From positions 96,001 through 160,000 of IMG/VR virus record IMGVR_UViG_3300027804_000001: a stretch of DNA of 64,000 nucleotides, one strand, 5' to 3'. This stretch comes from a virus (lineage: Duplodnaviria; Caudoviricetes). Of the stretch, positions 16,815-23,477 are shown piece by piece (positions within the stretch are counted from its first letter, which is position 1; every line of letters begins with the position of its first letter). Both the position numbers and the translations under genes were made by a program. The notes beneath the pieces were generated by a model, which was not told the DNA's origin, did no database searches, and was given only the letters and a program-made list of their open reading frames with translations.

Positions 16815-16846
16815 TTTGGTAAAACAATATAATGGTTATATATTTG
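16815..16846 (+). promoter_or_regulatory. Bacteroidota -33/-7 promoter
   Basis: TTTG-N20-TATATTTG. Confidence 0.9.
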
Positions 16847-16872
16847 TACTCACAAAACAATTACTAATTAAC

Positions 16873-16895
16873 ACGGGGACAGGTTTACTGAACAA
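16873..16895 (+). repeat. 23-bp leader element, copy 2
   Basis: Identical to 15372-15394. Confidence 0.9.
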
Positions 16896-16903
16896 CAAAG
16901 ACA

Positions 16904-17464
16904 ATGGGATTAGATATGTATTTGAACAAGAAAACTTATGTACAGAATTGGGAACACCAAGACAAGGGTTTGAAACATACCATTTCAGTTAAGAGAGGTG
17001 GTAAAGTTCGTGATGATATTAAACCAGAAAAAATTACATACATTACTGAACAGATTGCTTATTGGAGAAAGTTCAACGCACTTCACGGGTGGTTTGTTAA
17101 TAATTGTGCGAACGGAGTTGATGAGTGTCAAGAAATTTATGTGTCGGGAGATAACTTCACAGAGTTGTTAAGTACACTCAAACAAGTTCAAGAAGTAATT
17201 AAAACTTCAAAGAAAGTTGTAAAGGTTGAGAAGGATTGGAACGATAACGATTATGAGGTAACCGTGTTTGAATGTGGGGATGAGATTAAAAATTTACTTC
17301 CACCAACGCAGGGTTTCTTTTTCGGTGGTTACGAAATTGATGACTACTACAAAGATGAGGTTGACCGCACCGTAGAAGTTATTCAAGAAATTGTTGATGA
17401 CATTAACTCCACAAAAGAGAATGGATTGTGGGGTGGTGATTACTACTACCAAGCTTCGTGGTAA
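16904..17464 (+). CDS. conserved phage hypothetical protein (MGLDMYL...YWRK type)
   Basis: MGLDMYL, IAYWRKFNALHGWFV, GVDEC. Confidence 0.85.
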   Translation: MGLDMYLNKKTYVQNWEHQDKGLKHTISVKRGGKVRDDIKPEKITYITEQIAYWRKFNALHGWFVNNCANGVDECQEIYVSGDNFTELLSTLKQVQEVIKTSKKVVKVEKDWNDNDYEVTVFECGDEIKNLLPPTQGFFFGGYEIDDYYKDEVDRTVEVIQEIVDDINSTKENGLWGGDYYYQASW

Positions 17465-17506
17465 ACAAATTTTAAATACTAATTTTAAATACTAAAAACA
17501 AAAACA

Positions 17507-17827
17507 ATGAGTAGACCATTTCTTTCCCTCAGTACACAAGGTAAAACATTTACCGCCAGTAGTTTGAAACCATACAAAGCTGATGGTGAAAAACATTGGA
17601 CAGTCACGGCAGATTTAAGGGCTCTCGAAACATTTGATAATTGTGAGAGTAACTACGATGTCGTTGACCGATTAAAAAACTTCAAAGTCCTAACTAAAAC
17701 AGCGACAGATGACAGCGAGTATTGTCAGTTCTTTGCGTACTTCAAAACGAAAACAGCAGCTGAGTCGTTCATAATAAGACTGGCTCAGTATGTGGAGTTT
17801 AGGAAAAATTTAATTAACTCACTTTAA
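17507..17827 (+). CDS. hypothetical protein
   Basis: 106-aa ORF in operon. Confidence 0.8.
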   Translation: MSRPFLSLSTQGKTFTASSLKPYKADGEKHWTVTADLRALETFDNCESNYDVVDRLKNFKVLTKTATDDSEYCQFFAYFKTKTAAESFIIRLAQYVEFRKNLINSL

Positions 17828-17837
17828 AACTAAAAAC

Positions 17838-18134
17838 ATGTCACAGTCAAGATTAAGTATGGCCTTTAAAGACCTTCGTAAGCACGGGTATTTTGCTCGT
17901 CAAAACTTTATGTGTTGCCAAAGTTGTGGATGGGCAGCAGTTCCTGATGGTAAAGAAAATAAAGTTGTCTTCTTCCATAACCAAGACAATGAACAAAGGA
18001 GAAATGGTCAACCACTTTACTTAGCGTGGTCTGGTGATGGGAATTTAATAAGTGATGTATTACGCGACCACGGCATGAAGGTTGATTGGAATGGTGATAC
18101 TTCAACAAGAATTTGTATTTCCAATTACGATTAA
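17838..18134 (+). CDS. DUF6891-like protein
   Basis: AFKDL...ARQNFMCCQSCG...FFHNQD pattern (recalled). Confidence 0.6.
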   Translation: MSQSRLSMAFKDLRKHGYFARQNFMCCQSCGWAAVPDGKENKVVFFHNQDNEQRRNGQPLYLAWSGDGNLISDVLRDHGMKVDWNGDTSTRICISNYD

Positions 18135-18135
18135 T

Positions 18136-18477
18136 ATGGAAAATAGAATTAAAGAATTACAAGAACTCATTTCTAAACACAAGAGAGAATTGTTATTCCT
18201 TAAAATGAACCAATTGTTAGATAGTCCTACAATTGATGATTTTAAATTTTGTAGGTACTCTCACAAAACTAACACCAAATATGGTGAGACCATTAGGTAT
18301 TACTATAGGATGGAGTTAAAGGTTCCAAAAGGTTTTCATGGAATTTGGGATACAGAAAAACAACGGTTTCTAATTTCAATTAGTGAGAAGGCATATAAAA
18401 TGCGTAACGAAAGTAAAATGTATTCCAAATTGTTGAGTCGTTTCAAAAACAAATTCAGTAAAAAATTTAAATTCTAA
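18136..18477 (+). CDS. hypothetical protein, probable paralog of 11299-11646
   Basis: Start MENRIKEL; LDSPTIDDFKF. Confidence 0.75.
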   Translation: MENRIKELQELISKHKRELLFLKMNQLLDSPTIDDFKFCRYSHKTNTKYGETIRYYYRMELKVPKGFHGIWDTEKQRFLISISEKAYKMRNESKMYSKLLSRFKNKFSKKFKF

Positions 18478-18479
18478 CT

Positions 18480-18755
18480 ATGTTAAAAACAACAACTCCT
18501 GATATTGTAATACCAGGTGAAAAGATTGACCAACTTGTTAAGAAGGTTATTACCAATGGGTTTAAAAAGAACAATAAACTCAAACAAAAGGACATTGAGT
18601 TCTATAACCGACAAGTTTACTTAAGTATTAAAGATGCTGTAAGTCGAGTTATGAAAGAAGAATATTGTTTTGAGGAAGTTAGGGATTTAATTTTTCAACA
18701 TTTGGTTTCCAAATATTCTTGGGACAAATTGCTTGAGATGGGAATTAAAGAATAA
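18480..18755 (+). CDS. hypothetical protein
   Basis: 91-aa ORF in operon. Confidence 0.75.
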   Translation: MLKTTTPDIVIPGEKIDQLVKKVITNGFKKNNKLKQKDIEFYNRQVYLSIKDAVSRVMKEEYCFEEVRDLIFQHLVSKYSWDKLLEMGIKE

Positions 18756-18779
18756 TATAATAAAATAAAGGGGATATTA

Positions 18780-18811
18780 TTTGGTAAAATGATATCCTCT
18801 TTTTAACTTTG
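18780..18811 (+). promoter_or_regulatory. Bacteroidota -33/-7 promoter
   Basis: TTTG-N20-TAACTTTG. Confidence 0.85.
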
Positions 18812-18815
18812 CATT

Positions 18816-19205
18816 ATGAAAAGTATAAAAGTACGATTCAACTTAAGTCGTGGAAAGAACTACATGAAGTGGAAGGTCGAGTACCCGACAGGTGCTGTGG
18901 AGTATTGTGACCCAACTTCCACACAACTCGTGATGACCAACTGTATCCTGAAGAACCACAGGAAAACAGCTGAGAAGATAATGAGTGGCCAACACAAGAC
19001 AGTGTGTGCTTGGATTCTGTGTGAAAACATTGAGGTGAAGTTTGGTTCGTTCGTTGCGTATGACATTGAGAACGAGAACGGGAGAATCAGGTACAATCCA
19101 AAGGTCTCCCCATATTGGGTCAACATAAAACAAACAAACCTCGACGGATATAAATTCAAGGAGATTGGTTCGGTGGATTATAAACTTTTTGTTACACAAT
19201 TTTAA
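18816..19205 (+). CDS. hypothetical protein
   Basis: 129-aa ORF after promoter. Confidence 0.8.
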   Translation: MKSIKVRFNLSRGKNYMKWKVEYPTGAVEYCDPTSTQLVMTNCILKNHRKTAEKIMSGQHKTVCAWILCENIEVKFGSFVAYDIENENGRIRYNPKVSPYWVNIKQTNLDGYKFKEIGSVDYKLFVTQF

Positions 19206-19220
19206 AACAATAAAACAACT

Positions 19221-19703
19221 ATGGGTAGAGTAAACAAGATGACAGAGGGTGTCTTTACAGATTTAGTAGGGACCTCAACACAAATCAGTAAGTACGATGA
19301 ATTCATTAATAACATCGGAAACAAACCATCTAAGGATTTGAAATCACTGAAGACGGCATATGTCAACAGTATCAATACCAACAAAGATGCATTTATCAAA
19401 CTAGCAGCACTTGAGGAGGTGATTCTGCAGATCAGATCAAGGGACGAGATTATGACTGGCTCGACTGATGAGGTCAAACTATCATTGGTACGAGAGTATT
19501 TGTACGCTCGTTATCCTTTCTATAGAAAAGGGATGACCACCAAAGATATTAGGGTAATCGTGGATAAATCTGAATTCTGGGGTCAGGATTTAAATGTCCT
19601 AATCAAGAACAAAGATTTCATGTCGAAAGCAAAAGATAAGTTGGTTTCAGCAATGAATGAAATCATCGATTCGAATCTTCACGAATACAAGAAGATGATC
19701 TGA
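19221..19703 (+). CDS. hypothetical protein
   Basis: 160-aa ORF; stop lies inside a GATC cluster. Confidence 0.8.
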   Translation: MGRVNKMTEGVFTDLVGTSTQISKYDEFINNIGNKPSKDLKSLKTAYVNSINTNKDAFIKLAALEEVILQIRSRDEIMTGSTDEVKLSLVREYLYARYPFYRKGMTTKDIRVIVDKSEFWGQDLNVLIKNKDFMSKAKDKLVSAMNEIIDSNLHEYKKMI

Positions 19704-19735
19704 TCAGGATCATGCTGTTCGAATATGACCGGCCC
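19697..19735. repeat. GATC triplet plus motif copy
   Basis: GATCTGATCAGGATC then AATATGACCGGCCC. Confidence 0.8.
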
Positions 19736-19755
19736 AAAAAAATATTCTAGAAAAA

Positions 19756-19786
19756 TTTGGAATATTCCAAAAACTTATTAACTTTA
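19756..19786 (+). promoter_or_regulatory. Bacteroidota-type promoter (variant -7)
   Basis: TTTG-N19-TAACTTTA. Confidence 0.7.
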
Positions 19787-19791
19787 CAACT

Positions 19792-20097
19792 ATGGATTAC
19801 TCTAGACAACTTGTGGAGATAAGAAACAGTCTTCACTGTGATATTGTCCAAGAAGCATGTCACAAGAATTTTGTTATTAATGGTAGTAGTGATGGTGTTC
19901 TACTCCTGAAGAAACCAATTAGTGTTGGTGGCTTTACGGTCGGGAGTGTTTGTTGTGAGACGGGATTAATATTATCTACAGATAACGAAAAGACTATTCC
20001 CTACCAAGTATTATCGATAGAAGACCTATCTGTAATACACGAAAGTTTGGTCCAAGCAAAAAACTATACATTCACATTAAATGAACAACTTGTATGA
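19792..20097 (+). CDS. hypothetical protein
   Basis: 101-aa ORF. Confidence 0.8.
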   Translation: MDYSRQLVEIRNSLHCDIVQEACHKNFVINGSSDGVLLLKKPISVGGFTVGSVCCETGLILSTDNEKTIPYQVLSIEDLSVIHESLVQAKNYTFTLNEQLV

Positions 20098-20288
20098 CAA
20101 ATCCATTTATCATGAAGATGTGGGTTAAAGCCCAAATCAGGGACCTCGAGATGGAATCACAGGTATGTATTACAGAGGCTGATGCATACAGGATTCAGGG
20201 AAAGTTAGATATCCTGAAAGAATTCTACGACGACTTCAACTTGGAGTCCATAGATGAAAAAGAAATCATTATTCACAATAAGTTTTAA
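20094..20288 (+). CDS. hypothetical protein
   Basis: ATGA overlap. Confidence 0.75.
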   Translation: MTNPFIMKMWVKAQIRDLEMESQVCITEADAYRIQGKLDILKEFYDDFNLESIDEKEIIIHNKF

Positions 20289-20291
20289 ATT

Positions 20292-20879
20292 ATGGAATCA
20301 AAAGAAATTATTTTAGGGACTGAAGTTATGGTAAGTGACCCCTGTTACACCGAACCCACATGGTGTCAGGTGAAGTTAAAGAATGTTAAACCTGGTAAGT
20401 ACTATGCCTTTCATAAGGAGCACGATGCAGGTGATTGGGGTGTTAGGTCATCCATGATTATGGTGATTCACGAGGAACACATTCTTGACCAGCTCAAATG
20501 GAAACTCCAACCAGGTGAAGTAGGTGTTGACTCTGGTCAAGCAGGTATATTCTCATATGAGACATACCGTAAGGATGGGATTGAAATGGATATTCCATCA
20601 GTTGGATACGACGGGAAGAATTTTGACTGGCTTGATTCCATCTCGAGGGAGGATGAGGTTGGAGAAGATTGGTATAAGAAGATGTGCAAGATGACATTGT
20701 CCGAGATTGGATGGGGAACATATTCGAACGGTATAGTTTCTCGTAGTGGATTTGGTGATGGTGGATACCAACTATTCACAGCAAAGAGTGGAAGAAAGAT
20801 TGTAGCAATGGCTGTTGATTTTGCTGTGGAGGATGGGGAGTTTATTAACTTCGACTGGTACAGAGAAGTGTACATATAA
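20292..20879 (+). CDS. DUF4241-like protein
   Basis: VSDPCY, VGVDSGQAGIF, SGFGDGGY. Confidence 0.7.
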   Translation: MESKEIILGTEVMVSDPCYTEPTWCQVKLKNVKPGKYYAFHKEHDAGDWGVRSSMIMVIHEEHILDQLKWKLQPGEVGVDSGQAGIFSYETYRKDGIEMDIPSVGYDGKNFDWLDSISREDEVGEDWYKKMCKMTLSEIGWGTYSNGIVSRSGFGDGGYQLFTAKSGRKIVAMAVDFAVEDGEFINFDWYREVYI

Positions 20880-20932
20880 TACTTCAGGGATCAGGAATCC
20901 CGGATTATGACTGGCTTTAAACATATAACGAC

Positions 20933-21109
20933 ATGAAAAAATTATTTGAGAACTTGCATTATCAGTGGGACTATGTAGTTGGATACATTATGTGTAACCC
21001 ACATTACCTCCACAGGTACCACACCTTTATGTACAAGAAGTGGGGGGAAAGATACTGCACAAAAAAAGAGCTCCAAGATTACCTTGAGAGCATGAATCGA
21101 GAATTATGA
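20933..21109 (+). CDS. small hypothetical protein, 58 aa (not in track); its stop lies inside a motif copy
   Basis: MKKLFENLHYQWDYVVGY...; TGA in TTATGACTGGCC. Confidence 0.6.
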   Translation: MKKLFENLHYQWDYVVGYIMCNPHYLHRYHTFMYKKWGERYCTKKELQDYLESMNREL

Positions 21110-21123
21110 CTGGCCTATATACC

Positions 21124-21143
21124 GATCTGATCCTGATCTGATC
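21124..21143. repeat. four tandem GATC sites
   Basis: GATCTGATCCTGATCTGATC. Confidence 0.9.
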
Positions 21144-21144
21144 A

Positions 21145-21167
21145 GGATGGTAAATTATGACCGGCCC
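21145..21167 (+). repeat. 23-bp direct repeat (21/23 identical to 21611-21633) flanking PH-domain gene
   Basis: GGATGGTAAATTATGACYGGCYC. Confidence 0.9.
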
Positions 21168-21180
21168 AAAACCATAGAAC

Positions 21181-21606
21181 ATGATAACATTATTGAAACC
21201 ATCACAGTGGACCAACTTAGGATACATTATCTTGGGTATAGTACTTGCACCGTACACCAATTGGTTAACCTTAGTAGTCCCCGTATGGATGATGATAGAA
21301 ACATCCTTTACTAGGTATGAAATCTACGACGACCGAATCATATACCGAAGAGGAGTCTTTACTGTAACCACGGACGAAATCCTACTCTACAGAATTAAGG
21401 CCATCAACCTTAACGAGCCATTCTTATATAGACTCGTCGGTATCTCCAACCTGAGTATAATCACCTCGGATAAGTATGTCAATGAGATTACCCTCAAAGG
21501 TGTCCCCGTGGGTATGAACTTCAGAAACGCCCTAAGGGAGTTAGTCGAAGAGAACCGTACCAAGAAGGGTGTGAAAGAGTTTGACCTGTACGAACTGTCA
21601 GTCTGA
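21181..21606 (+). CDS. bacterial PH-domain (bPH_2/YdbS-like) membrane protein
   Basis: Two TM helices then RYEI...YRRGVF...EI.LYRIK. Confidence 0.7.
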   Translation: MITLLKPSQWTNLGYIILGIVLAPYTNWLTLVVPVWMMIETSFTRYEIYDDRIIYRRGVFTVTTDEILLYRIKAINLNEPFLYRLVGISNLSIITSDKYVNEITLKGVPVGMNFRNALRELVEENRTKKGVKEFDLYELSV

Positions 21607-21732
21607 CCCCGGATGGTAAATTATGACTGGCTCGTGTATTACATGGGTTATTTAAAAAACCAAAAAAAAGTTGCCTATTATTTTTTTTTACGGATTATTA
21701 AGGTTATAATTTTTATATAAACTTAATAATAT

Positions 21733-21939
21733 ATGCCAAGTACAAAAACCATGAAGACGACTCGTACTAAGAGTACTGGTCGTAAAACAGTTACTACGTA
21801 TGTACCTGTATCTGACAACATCTACCACGACGGTTTCTCTTACCGTGTACGTGTGAGTGTATCAGGAACAAAGTACTCTAAGAACTTCAGTTCTCGTAAG
21901 AAAGCTGTTCAGTACCGTAACGAACTTTTGGGTAAGTAA
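21733..21939 (+). CDS. small basic protein with possible AP2/Arm-type DNA-binding fold
   Basis: NIY...YRVRVSV.G.KYSKNF...KKAVQYRNE: three strands then a helix. Confidence 0.6.
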   Translation: MPSTKTMKTTRTKSTGRKTVTTYVPVSDNIYHDGFSYRVRVSVSGTKYSKNFSSRKKAVQYRNELLGK

Positions 21940-21964
21940 TCAATATACTCACCACAAAAATTCT

Positions 21965-21994
21965 AAGGTCTTCCGAAAGGGGGACCTTTTTTTT
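21965..21994 (+). terminator. intrinsic terminator closing the island
   Basis: AAGGTCTTCC-GAAA-GGGGGACCTT + T run. Confidence 0.85.
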
Positions 21995-22044
21995 GTTTAA
22001 CCTCTACGTGTATTACTTAAACAATATGTACATCTTACACTGTG

Positions 22045-22117
22045 AATTATGACCGGCCTGGGCCAGTCTTATTTTACTTACGAACCGTTGTTAAAACAAC
22101 TATATAATGACTGGCCC
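22045..22117. repeat. last motif pair (CTGG core) and single motif
   Basis: 22046-22073; 22104-22117. Confidence 0.8.
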
Positions 22118-22122
22118 ATATG

Positions 22123-22318
22123 TATTACGGGCCTCCCTTCGGTCGGCCCTTCATCCCGTTGCCAGACAAAATCATAGTATGGTGTATTACTAATGTTGTT
22201 TGGCAAGTCTATTATTACGGGGACACTCCGTGTCCCCTTCATCCCGTATGTATGACACATTATAGTGGACCATATGTATGACACCTGACCCCCTGAAGGG
22301 CCGAGTGAAACGAGGCCC
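22123..22318. other. cluster of three GNA-triloop hairpins with conserved flanks
   Basis: 22129-22149 (-), 22219-22237 (-), 22298-22318 (+). Confidence 0.7.
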
Positions 22319-22463
22319 GATATAATCCTTATATATGTATATAATATAAATGTATTACGTGTATATTGTATGACATTATAAAGGTATAATCTGGATATTT
22401 TTTAAAAGTGGGTCGTGATTCGGACAAGGGACAATCCCCCACTAATTAACACTTTTTCCCACT

Positions 22464-22472
22464 TTATCCACA
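22464..22472 (+). promoter_or_regulatory. perfect DnaA-box sequence at right border of island
   Basis: TTATCCACA in non-coding DNA next to an AT-rich tract. Confidence 0.45.
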
Positions 22473-22621
22473 ATTTGTGGCTGGGATATATTGTATCGGT
22501 AATTTAGAGTCGATCTGACAAAAAGTCTATATATATTTTGATCACGATAAAAAAGTACAAAAAAAGTACTGATTTTAGGGGTAAAAACAGGGATTTATTA
22601 GGGGTAATTTTCAGGAGATAA

Positions 22622-23014
22622 TTACGGGGTCCTAACGGACCCCTTCAGGTTAATTACTTCTTGTAAATTTGTTATTGGATATCTTACCATACTATGTTTA
22701 ACTTCGAAGTTCCTATTCTTTTCGAATCCGAATCTACTATAGAATCTTTTAAGTCTTCCTATGGATGTTCCACCAAAGGATGTGTCTGGTGTTAGGTATA
22801 ATGGTTTATTTACCTCATCTGCGTAGTTAGTAACCATATTCATAATCTCTGTACCCTTTCCTTCTCCTCTAAGTTCTTTGGGGATAACAATACTACTTAA
22901 TTCAAGTTTATTCTTATCTTCCCATACTTCGAGTGTTATTTCATCATCTATGGGGAATGTAACAAAACCTTCTATGAGTCTATTGTATTGTTCTTCGGTG
23001 AGTATAATCTTCAT
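22622..23014 (-). CDS. GNAT acetyltransferase with MKIILTEEQY N-terminal motif
   Basis: LRGEGKGTEIM...RLKRFYSRFGF. Confidence 0.75.
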   Translation of the reverse strand: MKIILTEEQYNRLIEGFVTFPIDDEITLEVWEDKNKLELSSIVIPKELRGEGKGTEIMNMVTNYADEVNKPLYLTPDTSFGGTSIGRLKRFYSRFGFEKNRNFEVKHSMVRYPITNLQEVINLKGSVRTP

Positions 23015-23056
23015 ATCTATAAATACTTCCCCCGCAAATGGGTGTTTACTATTCCC

Positions 23057-23395
23057 TTATAGTGTAAAGGGACTTTTAAAACTCTCCACTTCAACTTCCA
23101 CCTCCGCACCTTCATGTCTATCTGATACAAAGTCAATAAGATCCCCAATGATTTGTTTATTCATACCAAAATCTCCTGACATTAGAAGATTATACTCCTC
23201 CACCAGTTCACCACCATCTAATGAGAAAGTCTTGGCTTGGTACTTTGCAATAGGTTTATTGTCATAGTAGACAACCAAATCCTTTACACTAAAATGTTCC
23301 TTTAACCTTTCCTGTTTGTTTTTTGTAATGGCGTTACTTACAGTACAACCTATCAGACCAATGAGAATAACTGAGAAAAATGTAATCTTCTTCAT
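23057..23395 (-). CDS. putative lipoprotein
   Basis: Signal peptide with LIGC. Confidence 0.6.
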   Translation of the reverse strand: MKKITFFSVILIGLIGCTVSNAITKNKQERLKEHFSVKDLVVYYDNKPIAKYQAKTFSLDGGELVEEYNLLMSGDFGMNKQIIGDLIDFVSDRHEGAEVEVEVESFKSPFTL

Positions 23396-23477
23396 ATTGA
23401 AATGTTTTTACAAATATAAGGGTTTTTTCTTATAAATTGAAATATTCTTAAACCATTCTCCGGATTCTCCACCGGAT

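Noticed and set aside
5101-22117. CRISPR array
   Set aside because: The repeats are degenerate, occur in both orientations and are separated by whole genes, not by constant-length 30-40 nt spacers; no cas genes are present in the window.
22291-22320. Hammerhead ribozyme (CTGA...GAAAC)
   Set aside because: The core is CTGAAGG rather than CTGANGA, and stems I and III cannot be formed; the sequence is better explained as a simple hairpin.
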